From assembly GCA_964637135.1 (NCBI GenBank), contig CAZWTX010000009.1, positions 60,011 through 80,010 on the forward strand: a DNA stretch of 20,000 nucleotides. Reading direction: 5' to 3'. Positions within the stretch are counted from its first letter, which is position 1; every line of letters begins with the position of its first letter. Below, piece after piece: positions 1-9,192 of the stretch. Source of the DNA: an uncultured Methanospirillum sp. Lineage in GTDB: Archaea; Halobacteriota; Methanomicrobia; Methanomicrobiales; Methanospirillaceae. The notes beneath the pieces were generated by a model that was given only the letters and a program-made list of their open reading frames with translations, ran no database searches and was not told where the DNA came from. Both the position numbers and the translations under genes were made by a program.

Positions 1-225
1 CATGGCCAGTTCAGGAGCGGTCAGGTCTTTTCCATTCCGATTATGAATGATCGTCGAGAGTTGCCGGACAATATCCTCTGCCACCGCATCATCCCGGCAG
101 GTAACGTAGACTATCGCATCATTTTTGGGAAACGTCAGTCCGCAAACCGGGCAGAGAATGTTGACTGATTCAGACGGAACCGTTAATAACCGGTGACAGC
201 CCGGGCACCGGATCACGGCAATCAT
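1..225 (-). CDS. Zn-ribbon protein (DUF1922/DUF5817-like), 3' end beyond window edge
   Basis: Not in the ORF track. Manual translation from ATG at 225 gives MIAVIRCPGCHRLLTVPSESVNILCPVCGLTFPKNDAIVYVTCRDDAVAEDIVRQLSTIIHNRNGKDLTAPELAM..., open to position 1, with two CxxC pairs. The family label is by resemblance only. Confidence 0.7.
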   Translation of the reverse strand, partial: MIAVIRCPGCHRLLTVPSESVNILCPVCGLTFPKNDAIVYVTCRDDAVAEDIVRQLSTIIHNRNGKDLTAPELAM

Positions 226-334
226 GAAAGTTCCGGTACGTTTCCTGTCCGGATGAATCTTCTCACTTCCTCCCGGCAGAAAGCAAATACTAATCACCGA
301 TACCGGATGACCTCTGGGAAGGAAGGAATCAGGA

Positions 335-1081
335 ATGGAACAGGTAACGGTCATTGCAGTCCGGGGACTTCCCCTGATCACTGAAGGAAACGACATTGCG
401 AGCCTGATTGCCGGACATGCAGAACTGAAGCCGGGTGATATCGTCTGCATCGCCAGTACCATCGTTTCCAAGGCGGCAGGATACCGGCACACCCTTTCTG
501 AAATTACTCCCGGTGCCGAGGCTCACCGGATTGCTGCCCTGACCGGAGAAGATCCGGAATTCATGGAAGTCGTCCTCAGTCAGGCAGCAGAAGTACTTCT
601 TGAAGCACCATTTACCCTCACCGAACTAAAATCAGGCCATATCGGCGTCAGATCAGGCGTTGATGCCAGCAACGTGGAAGACGGGATCGTCATTACGCTC
701 CCGCCTGACCCGGTGAAAGAAGCAGACCAGATACGGGAAAAGCTCGAGGAGAAGGCCGGGGGACATATCGGAGTAATCATTACGGACACCTGCGGGCGGG
801 CATTCCGGCGGGGCCAGACCGGCCATGCTATCGGCTGGAGCGGCATTGACGCGATACGTGACTTCCGTGGCGATACCGATCTCTTCGGACGGGTCCTGGA
901 GATCACTGAGGAAGCGGTAATCGATGAAATTGCAGGATTTTCAAATTTCGTGATGGGGGAGAGCAATAACGGCATACCGGTTGTGATCTTCCGGGGCATT
1001 GAACCGTGGACGGGCCACAATGACCTTTACTTCCGGAAAGACGAGGATATCTTCAGAAAAGCACTCAAAAAATGGAGATGA
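335..1081 (+). CDS. cofE: coenzyme F420-0:L-glutamate ligase
   Basis: Motifs GLPLI..G.D, IASTIVSKA.G, SGVDASN, IITDTCGRAFRRGQTGHAIG, DFRGDTDLFGRVLEITEEAVIDEIA, VMGE...GIPVVIFRG; 248 aa. Confidence 0.95.
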   Translation: MEQVTVIAVRGLPLITEGNDIASLIAGHAELKPGDIVCIASTIVSKAAGYRHTLSEITPGAEAHRIAALTGEDPEFMEVVLSQAAEVLLEAPFTLTELKSGHIGVRSGVDASNVEDGIVITLPPDPVKEADQIREKLEEKAGGHIGVIITDTCGRAFRRGQTGHAIGWSGIDAIRDFRGDTDLFGRVLEITEEAVIDEIAGFSNFVMGESNNGIPVVIFRGIEPWTGHNDLYFRKDEDIFRKALKKWR

Positions 1082-1243
1082 TCAGAACTTGATCATGTTC
1101 AGGATAAACACTACCACTCCTGCAGCAACGGCTGCTGCAAGAACTATATATGGGCTGATGTGGACTGCACGGCGGTCTTCACTGTCGTAGTAATTGACAA
1201 GACCGGCAGAGGATATTAACCGTCCACCCGACTTTTTTGCCAT
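1082..1243 (-). CDS. secG: preprotein translocase subunit Sec61beta (archaeal SecG)
   Basis: Below the ORF-track size cutoff. Manual translation gives MAKKSGGRLISSAGLVNYYDSEDRRAVHISPYIVLAAAVAAGVVVFILNMIKF* (53 aa), with the L.SSAGL..YY signature and a single C-terminal TM helix. Confidence 0.93.
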   Translation of the reverse strand: MAKKSGGRLISSAGLVNYYDSEDRRAVHISPYIVLAAAVAAGVVVFILNMIKF

Positions 1244-1260
1244 AACATATATCAGGCCGC

Positions 1261-1276
1261 CGAATTATATAAAAGG
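1261..1276. promoter_or_regulatory. palindromic TATA box (TTATATAA, 1265-1272) between divergent genes
   Basis: Lies about 22 nt from the sec61beta ATG (1243) and about 24 nt from the amidohydrolase GTG (1296), consistent with archaeal leaderless promoters. Confidence 0.6.
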
Positions 1277-1295
1277 CTCATTCACGGGGAAGATT

Positions 1296-2333
1296 GTGGA
1301 CGACGAGTATCTCTTTTCAGGAACTGCCCTCTGCGGAAATTCACTTGAAGCGCGTCCGGTGACCATCGTGGTGAAAAACGGCATGATCCAGTCGGTGGAA
1401 GATGAGACCAGAGTTCCCGATCAATGGATCTGTCCTGCCTTCTGGAATGCCCATACCCACCTTGCCGATACGGTCGCCATGGATCTCCCCTGTACTGGAA
1501 GCCTGGAGAGCCTTGTCACCCCGCCGGACGGGCTGAAACACCGTATCCTGAATACAACCCCGGGGGAGCGGCTTGTCGCCGGCATGCGGGCATCCGTCCG
1601 GGAGATGGTACGGGGAGGTACTGCCGGTTTTATTGATTTTCGGGAGAACGGGCCGGCCGGGGTGGAACTCCTCAGGGAGGCATGCCGGGGAGAGAGCATC
1701 TCCCCGGTTATTCTCGGAAGGGACGGCGGGGAGGATGTTGCCGACGGTGCAGGAATCAGCAGTACCCGCGATGTCCCGGGATATGCCGGGATAGCTGAGT
1801 CCATGCATGCTGGAAAGAAACTCGTTGCCTTTCATGCAGGTGAACGGGATACCGGGGATATCGACGATGCACTCGAGTGCAGCCCTGACCTTCTGGTTCA
1901 CTGTACCCATGCAACGCCGTCGCAGATCCGGCGGATTGCCGATGACGGAGTGCCTGTTGCCGTCTGCACCCGATCGAATTTTCTCCTCGGGGCGGCTTCA
2001 TCACGGGCCCGTCCGCCTGTGAACGAATTACTTGCGGCAGGTGCTAATCTGCGGATTGGTACTGATAACGTGATGTTTGTGCAGCCCGACATGCTCCGTG
2101 AACTCTCATTTATCCACACCGTCTACCAGTCAGACCCCCTGCTCCTCCTTCAGGCAGCAACAAGAGGCGTCGGCAGGGAGGCGGATATGCATCTCATCGG
2201 GAAGGGAAAGCCGGCCTGTTTTACCGTATTTGAGGTAAACAAGACGAATTTTGAATATTCGCATGATATTGCTGCCACGCTGGTAAAACGGGCTACATCC
2301 AGCCATATCTGCGCAAGAATTTTTTATCTCTAA
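1296..2333 (+). CDS. metal-dependent amidohydrolase / nucleoside deaminase-like protein
   Basis: NAHTH (HxH) motif, FHAGE, LVHCT, IGTDN. Start moved from 1194 to GTG 1296 because the upstream part overlaps sec61beta and the TATA box. Confidence 0.88.
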   Translation: MDDEYLFSGTALCGNSLEARPVTIVVKNGMIQSVEDETRVPDQWICPAFWNAHTHLADTVAMDLPCTGSLESLVTPPDGLKHRILNTTPGERLVAGMRASVREMVRGGTAGFIDFRENGPAGVELLREACRGESISPVILGRDGGEDVADGAGISSTRDVPGYAGIAESMHAGKKLVAFHAGERDTGDIDDALECSPDLLVHCTHATPSQIRRIADDGVPVAVCTRSNFLLGAASSRARPPVNELLAAGANLRIGTDNVMFVQPDMLRELSFIHTVYQSDPLLLLQAATRGVGREADMHLIGKGKPACFTVFEVNKTNFEYSHDIAATLVKRATSSHICARIFYL

Positions 2334-2372
2334 TGTAAATTAACTGGGGAGCCTTTTGTGGGGGGAACCCAA

Positions 2373-2801
2373 GTGTACAATACTATTCTTGTTGCCATTG
2401 ATGGATCGGATGTCAGTAAAATGGCATTCGAGGCAGCTGTAGAACAGGCCCTCGCCTGGAAAGCAGACCTGCATGCGGTATATGTTGTCGAATCCGGGTT
2501 ATTCTCCGATATTCCGGCAGACAGCAAACTTGAGATCATGTACAGTCTCCTTGAACAGGAGGGAACCGCTGCTCTCGATAACGTGAGTGAGATTGCAAAG
2601 AAGAAGAATATCCAACTGAAAACCCATTTTGAGCAGGGTCATGCAGGGAATACCATCCTTGCGACTGCCCAGAAGATCAATGCCGACCTCCTGGTGATGG
2701 GATCTCACGGGAAAAGCAATATTGATCGGATCCTCATCGGGAGTGTCAGTTCCTTCGTGGTCGAGCATTCCCCGGTCTCGGTACTGGTGGTGAGATCATA
2801 G
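2373..2801 (+). CDS. universal stress protein (UspA family)
   Basis: YNTILVAIDGS N-terminus; ADLLVMGSHGKSNIDRILIGSVS ATP-binding motif; PVSVLVVR C-terminus. Start is GTG 2373 or GTG 2358. Confidence 0.93.
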   Translation: MYNTILVAIDGSDVSKMAFEAAVEQALAWKADLHAVYVVESGLFSDIPADSKLEIMYSLLEQEGTAALDNVSEIAKKKNIQLKTHFEQGHAGNTILATAQKINADLLVMGSHGKSNIDRILIGSVSSFVVEHSPVSVLVVRS

Positions 2802-3664
2802 TGCCGGCCCCACTGGTATCAGATTACATGACGACTGATGTCGTCACGGTGGATATACCAGGAAACCGCGATGATGTCCTAAAAATTTTAAAAAGAACTG
2901 GTATTAGCGGAGTTCCGGTTATAAAAGACGGGAACATCGTCGGGATAATCACCCGTAAGGATCTCCTTCACAAGCCTGAGGAGAACCAGCTGGCACTGCT
3001 GATGACACCTGACCCGATTACCATCCTTCCGACGGCAAACCTGACTGAGGCCGCCAGGATCATGGTGGATAACAATATCAGGCGTCTTCCGGTGGTTGAC
3101 AGCCAGAAAAAACTTGCCGGCCTGATCAGTGTCGCGGATCTCATCCTTGCCATCGCCAGGATGAAAATCGAGGAGGAGATTAAGGACCGGTTTACCAGTC
3201 CGACCTTTGCGATATGGGAAGAGACACCCCTCCCGCTCGTGGGAAGAATCATGGAGATATCGGGATTTGAGGCAATCCCGGTTCTTTCGAAAGAGTCGAA
3301 ACTGCAGGGTATACTCTCTGAACGCGACCTCATCAGGTGTGCCATGATCGAGGACTCGGTTGAGACATCTGATCTCTCCACCACCGGGACCGATGATGAC
3401 GAATGGACCTGGGAGAGCATCAGGGATGTCCACCACGTCAGTTATGGAATATCACGTGTACAGCTCCCGAACCGCCCGGTCAGGGAGGCAATGGTAACAA
3501 ACGTTGTGATGGTTCCTCCCAATGCAGAAGTAAGTGAATGTGCGCTGAAAATGAAGCGTGCACGGGTTGACCAGCTCCCGATCATCAACGGTGACAACCG
3601 GCTGAAAAGTATTCTTTTTGACCGGGTTCTCATCAAGGTCCTCCTGGACGAGAAATATCAATAA
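2801..3664 (+). CDS. CBS-domain protein (two CBS pairs)
   Basis: Four CBS repeats (ISGVPV..G.IVGIIT..D, IRRLPVV...LAGLIS..D, FEAIPV...LQGILS..D, VDQLPII). Start overlaps the USP stop by 1 nt. Confidence 0.92.
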   Translation: MPAPLVSDYMTTDVVTVDIPGNRDDVLKILKRTGISGVPVIKDGNIVGIITRKDLLHKPEENQLALLMTPDPITILPTANLTEAARIMVDNNIRRLPVVDSQKKLAGLISVADLILAIARMKIEEEIKDRFTSPTFAIWEETPLPLVGRIMEISGFEAIPVLSKESKLQGILSERDLIRCAMIEDSVETSDLSTTGTDDDEWTWESIRDVHHVSYGISRVQLPNRPVREAMVTNVVMVPPNAEVSECALKMKRARVDQLPIINGDNRLKSILFDRVLIKVLLDEKYQ

Positions 3665-3666
3665 CA

Positions 3667-3680
3667 ATATTTAATATATT
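3667..3680 (+). promoter_or_regulatory. putative TATA box for the psmB-aCPSF1 operon
   Basis: AT-only stretch ATATTTAATATATT about 80 nt upstream of the psmB ATG; GGTGA SD-like sequence at 3746-3750. Confidence 0.45.
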
Positions 3681-3756
3681 GCGGGGTGCTTGTAACTTAG
3701 GCATTTTTGCTCCCTGCAATAATTTCGCTACGTGCTTTTTATTCTGGTGATTGCGA

Positions 3757-4386
3757 ATGGCAGAACAGAACGATACAATGAAGGGAACGACCACTGTCGG
3801 AATCGTCTTCGACTCCGGGGTCGTTCTTGCGAGCGAAAAACGGGCTACTATGGGATACCTGATCTCCAACAAGACTGCCAAGAAGATCTATCAGGTTGCA
3901 TCCCGGATCGGACTGACTACTGCCGGAGGAGTCGGGGATGCACAGCAACTAGCCCGGCTCATGACGGTGGAGGCAAACCTCTACGAGATCAGGCGTGGAA
4001 AAAACATCAGCGTCAAGGCAGCCTCAACACTGCTCTCCAATGTTCTCCATGGCAACCGGTTCTATCCGTATTACGTCCAGCTCCTCATTGGCGGGGTGGA
4101 CGAGACCGGACCGGTTCTCTACTCGGTTGATGCAGTCGGAGGTTCGTCCCGTGAAGACGGAATCGTCGCGACCGGTTCCGGATCCCCGATGGCGTATGGG
4201 GTACTTGAAGACCGCTATGCAGCCGGCCTGAAACAGGACGATGCAGTAGAACTTGCCATCAGGGCACTCCGGTCGGCAATCAAGCGTGATGCCGGATCAG
4301 GCGAAGGTATGGCAGTTGTGGTCATCACCAGTGATGGATATACCGAACTCGATGATAAAACGATTAAAAAGGTTATTCCAAATTAA
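3757..4386 (+). CDS. psmB: proteasome endopeptidase beta subunit
   Basis: Short propeptide followed by KG|TTTVG (catalytic Thr), ASEKRAT, GGVGDAQ, GSGSPMAYGVLE, RDAGSGEG. Confidence 0.97.
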   Translation: MAEQNDTMKGTTTVGIVFDSGVVLASEKRATMGYLISNKTAKKIYQVASRIGLTTAGGVGDAQQLARLMTVEANLYEIRRGKNISVKAASTLLSNVLHGNRFYPYYVQLLIGGVDETGPVLYSVDAVGGSSREDGIVATGSGSPMAYGVLEDRYAAGLKQDDAVELAIRALRSAIKRDAGSGEGMAVVVITSDGYTELDDKTIKKVIPN

Positions 4387-4432
4387 TAATTCTGTTTTCA
4401 GGTAATTTATTCACTTTTTTAGGACGGTTGTA

Positions 4433-6319
4433 ATGCTTATCGAGGAACGTCTCAAAGACCTTCATGAGAAGATTAAAAAGAAAGTACCAAAAGGTATAAC
4501 GGTCGCGTCTGTTGAATTCGAAGGCCCGGAACTGGTTATCTACACCAATGATCCCAAGCAGTTCGCTGACCAGGATGATCTCATCAAAGTCCTGGCCAGG
4601 GATCTCAGGAAACGGATTGTCGTCAGACCGACGATCCTTGAGGATCCCGAGCGGGCTGCCAGTGCCATCCGCCGGGTCGTCGGGGATACGGCAGGGATAT
4701 CAGACATCTTCTTCGAGGCAGATACCGGCGAGGTTCTCATTGAGGCAGAAAAACCGGGGATCGTCATCGGAAAGAACGGTTCAACACTTCGTGATATTAC
4801 CAAGGAGATCGGGTGGACGCCGAAGGTGGTCAGGACACCGCCGATCGAGAGTGCAACGGTCAAACAGGTACGTCAGTACCTCCGTTCAGCCCACCAGGAC
4901 AGGAAAGAATTTTTACGGCGAATCGGCAGGAGAATTCACCGGGATATCATCTCCAAGGATCAGTGGATCCGGGTGACCATGCTCGGATGCTGCAGGGAAG
5001 TTGGAAGGGCAGCATTTCTCCTTACGACGCCGGAGAGCAAGGTTCTCATTGACTGCGGCGAAAAGCCTGACTCAGATGCGACTCCGTACCTCTATATTCC
5101 GGAGATTCATCCGCTCTCCCAGCTTGATGCCGTGGTGCTCACCCATGCCCACCTGGATCACTGTGCATTTGTCCCGCTCCTCTACAAGTACGGGTACGAA
5201 GGACCGGTGTACTCAACCCCGCCAACCAGGGATCTCGCGGCAATGCTCCAGCTCGATTACCTTGAAGTGATGAACAAGGAAGGGCGGACGATCCCGTATT
5301 CGTCAAACGAGGTAAAGGAATACATCAAGCACTCAATTGTCCTCAATTACGGGTGTGTCACTGATATTGCCCCTGACATCAAGCTCACCTTCCATAATGC
5401 CGGTCATATTCTTGGTTCTGCCATCGCCCATTTCCATCTCGGGGACGGGCTCTATAACGTGGCATTCACCGGGGATCTCCATTACGGGAAGAGCCGGCTC
5501 TTCAACGCGGCAACCAATCATTTTCCGCGGCTTGAAGCCATGTTCATGGAGTCAACGTACGGCGGATCCCAGGATATGCAGCCGCAGCGGAGTGAAGCCG
5601 AGGAGAAACTCTACGCAATCTTCAATGAAGTGCTCGGACGGGGAGGAAAAGTCATCATCCCGGCATTTGCCGTGGGACGTTCGCAGGAAGTGATGCTCGC
5701 AATAGAGGAGGGTATCAGGTACGAGAAGATCCCGAAGACGAAAATTTACCTTGACGGGATGATCAAGGAAGCCACCGCTATTCATACGACCTACCCCGAG
5801 TACCTCAACTCCGATCTCCGTAACCTCATCTTCAAGGAAGGTCACAACCCCTTCCTGAACGACTGTTTCGAACAGGTTGACTCGCAGGAGAAACGGGAGA
5901 AGATCATCACCGGCGAACCCTGCATCATCATTACCACAAGCGGTATGCTGAACGGCGGACCGGTTATGGAGTACCTCCGCAACCTTGCGGCAGACGAACG
6001 CAATGCTCTTGTCTTCGTCGGGTACCAGGCTGACGGCACTATGGGACGGAGGATCCAGAAAGGATGGAGAGAAATTCCGGTGGGGAACCGCGAGACGATC
6101 GTGATCAACCTGGACTGTATCACTGTCGACGGATTCTCAGGACATGCGGACCGGAGACAACTGATGAATTTCGTCTCCCACATGCAGCCAAAACCGGAGA
6201 AGATATTCACCATCCATGGCGACGAGAACAAGACGATCGATCTTGCCAGTTCCATCTACAAACGGCATCACATCCAGACCCTTTCACCCATGAACCTTGA
6301 GACATACCGTCTGGTCTGA
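4433..6319 (+). CDS. fttA: beta-CASP ribonuclease aCPSF1 / transcription termination factor FttA
   Basis: N-terminal KH domains (KPGIVIGKNG), metallo-beta-lactamase THAHLDH, NAGHILGS, FTGD, beta-CASP domain, GFSGHAD, IHGD; 628 aa; adjacent to psmB. Confidence 0.96.
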   Translation: MLIEERLKDLHEKIKKKVPKGITVASVEFEGPELVIYTNDPKQFADQDDLIKVLARDLRKRIVVRPTILEDPERAASAIRRVVGDTAGISDIFFEADTGEVLIEAEKPGIVIGKNGSTLRDITKEIGWTPKVVRTPPIESATVKQVRQYLRSAHQDRKEFLRRIGRRIHRDIISKDQWIRVTMLGCCREVGRAAFLLTTPESKVLIDCGEKPDSDATPYLYIPEIHPLSQLDAVVLTHAHLDHCAFVPLLYKYGYEGPVYSTPPTRDLAAMLQLDYLEVMNKEGRTIPYSSNEVKEYIKHSIVLNYGCVTDIAPDIKLTFHNAGHILGSAIAHFHLGDGLYNVAFTGDLHYGKSRLFNAATNHFPRLEAMFMESTYGGSQDMQPQRSEAEEKLYAIFNEVLGRGGKVIIPAFAVGRSQEVMLAIEEGIRYEKIPKTKIYLDGMIKEATAIHTTYPEYLNSDLRNLIFKEGHNPFLNDCFEQVDSQEKREKIITGEPCIIITTSGMLNGGPVMEYLRNLAADERNALVFVGYQADGTMGRRIQKGWREIPVGNRETIVINLDCITVDGFSGHADRRQLMNFVSHMQPKPEKIFTIHGDENKTIDLASSIYKRHHIQTLSPMNLETYRLV

Positions 6320-6323
6320 TGGG

Positions 6324-7427
6324 ATGAACCGGTCCTTTCTTCTTTATTTCGGAATATTCGCAATAATGGCGTTATCGAACGCCTTGGTCCCGGTTCTTCC
6401 TGACCTTGACGCCGATCTCGGTGATCAGGCACTTATTTTTTCATCGTATTTCCTCGGAGCAATGCTCCTCACCCTGCCAACCGGAATCCTGAGTGAACGG
6501 GTCGGCCAGCCGGTCCTGATCCTCTCTTCCCTGGTCATTACCGTGGTAAGCGGGGCGGGGATCATCCTGAGTCCTGGCGGATGGTTCCTGATTGTAACAA
6601 GGCTCATTGAAGGATTTGGCGCCGGGGTTTTTGTATCAGCCTCGCTCTCCTGGATCACGTATCAGCCCGGTCATGCCAGGCAGACCGGGTATTTCATGGC
6701 GTCCATGAATGCCGGTCTCCTGTTCGGGCTTGCCGGAACAGGATGGCTGGTAACCACAGTAAACAGGATATACACAGGGATCTGGGTTTTTACCCTCCTC
6801 ACCGCCGTGATCCTGGTTCTCATGATCCTCATGCCTCCTGCACAAACCGGCAGGACCGGGCCGGTGCCGGCAGCACTGCTCGGGCGGGATTTGGCCGGGA
6901 TGATGCTCAGCCAGGCTCCCCTCTGGGTATCGGTCATCGTCCTTATCGGGATAACCGGATTTGTCCAGGCAGTGTTTCCGGACCTCTCCGGACTTACAGC
7001 CGGGGAGATTGGTACTGCCCTCGCGGTCATGAACCTGGCATCCATCATTGCTTCGCTCCTGACACCCCGGCTCAGGCTTGAACCGGTTCTCCTGATCCGT
7101 CTGTCAGCACTGGTGATGAGTATCCTGACCCTGGTTTTTCTCACATTCCCCCTCTCGATCTTCCTGATGGGGGGAATTGCCGGATTGATCACAGTTTCAC
7201 AGATCACGTACCTGGCGACGGCTGAACGGCACCAGGGGCTTGCCATGGGACTGTATACCACCTTCAGTTACGCAGGGATGACCCTCATCCCGGCAATCGG
7301 AGGATACCTGACCGATACCTTCTCTCTGGCTGCTGCATCGGCGATCATCGCTGCCGTCGCCGTCATCATCGCCGTCATCATCGGCAGATGCCGGTGCAGA
7401 GGAGTTATCCCGGAGTACAATGACTGA
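6324..7427 (+). CDS. major facilitator superfamily transporter
   Basis: Many hydrophobic helices; motif A-like GILSERVGQ; RLIEGFGAG; GLAMGLYTT. Likely start is ATG 6324, just after the aCPSF1 stop. Confidence 0.88.
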   Translation: MNRSFLLYFGIFAIMALSNALVPVLPDLDADLGDQALIFSSYFLGAMLLTLPTGILSERVGQPVLILSSLVITVVSGAGIILSPGGWFLIVTRLIEGFGAGVFVSASLSWITYQPGHARQTGYFMASMNAGLLFGLAGTGWLVTTVNRIYTGIWVFTLLTAVILVLMILMPPAQTGRTGPVPAALLGRDLAGMMLSQAPLWVSVIVLIGITGFVQAVFPDLSGLTAGEIGTALAVMNLASIIASLLTPRLRLEPVLLIRLSALVMSILTLVFLTFPLSIFLMGGIAGLITVSQITYLATAERHQGLAMGLYTTFSYAGMTLIPAIGGYLTDTFSLAAASAIIAAVAVIIAVIIGRCRCRGVIPEYND

Positions 7428-8061
7428 TCCTGACCAGAAGACGGCATGGAACAGCGAGTACCTGAAGAAAGGGCGGCTATGGGGGAATGCCCCGGCACAC
7501 CCGGTGCCTGTCCGCCATCTCGGGAACGTGCTTGACGCAGGATGCGGGGATGGGAAAAACCTCCGAACCCTCCAGGCACCGTCCGGAATGCTCATCGGAT
7601 TTGACTTCTCGGTCCATGGAGTTCATCTCTGCAGGCGTGATCCCGGCTGCAGGGACACCGCCCTCTTCACTGCCGATGCACGGTTCATCCCACTTACTGA
7701 CGGGAGTGTCGGGACGGTCTACCTCCATCACCTGATCGGGCATCTGCTCCTTCCCGGGCGGATCCTCGCAGCCAGGGAGATGTGCCGGATCCTCATGTCC
7801 GGCGGGTACCTGCATGTCACGGTATTCGGAACCGGGGATATGAGAGAGAGAAAAGGTGATCAGATCGAGGACAGAACATATCTCCGCGGTCACGGCATCA
7901 TCACCCATTATTTCACAAAACAGGAACTTGCTGATCTCTTCCCGGAATTATCCGTACAGGTCATTTCGGAACATACCTGGCAGATGAGAACCGGCAGAAC
8001 CATCGGGACGAGAAGGGAGATCGTCGCCGTTCTGGAGAAGAAAGAGGAGACTGCCGCCTGA
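7420..8061 (+). CDS. class I SAM-dependent methyltransferase
   Basis: Motif I VLDAGCGDGKN, GFDFS, ADARFIP, RILMSGGYL; overlaps the MFS gene by 8 nt. Confidence 0.9.
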   Translation: MTDPDQKTAWNSEYLKKGRLWGNAPAHPVPVRHLGNVLDAGCGDGKNLRTLQAPSGMLIGFDFSVHGVHLCRRDPGCRDTALFTADARFIPLTDGSVGTVYLHHLIGHLLLPGRILAAREMCRILMSGGYLHVTVFGTGDMRERKGDQIEDRTYLRGHGIITHYFTKQELADLFPELSVQVISEHTWQMRTGRTIGTRREIVAVLEKKEETAA

Positions 8062-8073
8062 GATCCCGTGACC

Positions 8074-9192
8074 TTACGAGGGTGGTAAGCGGAGAATGAC
8101 GGCCAGCCCCTGGTCATACTGTCCGGCAATCCGGTCGGCGGCATAGACCCCGCCCCGGTAGCGGTCAGCGAGCATCCTGACGATGGAGAGACCCAGTTTT
8201 TTATCACCGGTCCGGGAAATATCAGGTTTTTCCCGGTCGAACAAGGTCTTTTTCTCTTCGTCAGCGACCCCCCGCCCATTATCCTCCACCCTGATCTCAA
8301 GGTATCCATCCGACAGCGGGCACACCGATATCCAGATCTCCAGATGAGCACGCCTGCCGTGACGGATTGCATTTTCAAGAAGATTTCCAATGAGTTCAGG
8401 GAAGAGATCATCTGCATACACTGACTGCCCGGTTCCGGAATAATGGATATCCGCCTGATCGAAAAAACCGATCTCGGTCCTGATGAGGGGATCGAGTTCC
8501 ATAATCCGAAGAGCAGGTACTTCCTGCTCAATTCTCCGTATTGTTGAGATGTTCCTGATTATCCGGACAGACCGTTTCAGGGTTTCGTGCAGTCGCATCG
8601 CCGTTTCCAGGGAATTTTCCGGGATCTCCCTGAAGAGGAGGAGATTGTACCCGAGTGCCGATGTTATGAGGGTATTGATATCGCGGGTGATGATATCCAG
8701 GTACAGGCTGACCCGGTTATTCGAGATTGAAAGAGCCTCCTCAGTCTTTTTCCGCTCTTCAACCTCTGATATCGCAGTATCCTTCATCTGCCGGTAGGCC
8801 ATGACCTGCCGTGTCATTCCGGTCACATCCTCAAGTATGATCAGGAGACCGGGAGAGGTATCGTCATTGTCATCAGGAATAAGCGAGGTCTTCTGGAACA
8901 GCGCTTCTGATCCACCGATCCTGACCGGAAAAAACCTCGAAGTAAACCGGGAGGAGAGAATCTGGGGTGTCCGGCTCTCAAGGGCTTCGCAAATCCGTCT
9001 CCGCATGAGCGGAGTGTCCAGTTCGGGAAAGAAAGAAAAGATCTCTTTTCCAAAGATCTCATCTGAACGGACTCCGGTCCACCGCTCCAGCGTCATGTTC
9101 CAGAGGGTGACCGTGCATGCGGAGTCAATCCTGCAGATCCCAATCGGGAGAAGATCGCACATCCCGGGAGTTATCGCGGGTGAAAAGTTCAT
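8074..9192 (-). CDS. PAS-domain sensor histidine kinase-like protein with degenerate H-box
   Basis: N-terminal PAS (PIGICRID...WN..LE.WTG....EIFGK), coiled coil, HisKA-like helix LDIITRDINT (His replaced by Arg), N-box NLLENAIRH, G1 EDNGRG, altered G2 GDKKLGL. Confidence 0.88.
   Translation of the reverse strand: MNFSPAITPGMCDLLPIGICRIDSACTVTLWNMTLERWTGVRSDEIFGKEIFSFFPELDTPLMRRRICEALESRTPQILSSRFTSRFFPVRIGGSEALFQKTSLIPDDNDDTSPGLLIILEDVTGMTRQVMAYRQMKDTAISEVEERKKTEEALSISNNRVSLYLDIITRDINTLITSALGYNLLLFREIPENSLETAMRLHETLKRSVRIIRNISTIRRIEQEVPALRIMELDPLIRTEIGFFDQADIHYSGTGQSVYADDLFPELIGNLLENAIRHGRRAHLEIWISVCPLSDGYLEIRVEDNGRGVADEEKKTLFDREKPDISRTGDKKLGLSIVRMLADRYRGGVYAADRIAGQYDQGLAVILRLPPS

Noticed and set aside
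1194..1295. N-terminal extension of the amidohydrolase in the ORF track
   Set aside because: It overlaps sec61beta and the TATA box; the recognisable protein begins near GTG 1296.
7340..7383. GCCGTCATCATC-like tandem repeats
   Set aside because: They simply encode the Ala/Val/Ile-rich last TM helix of the MFS protein.
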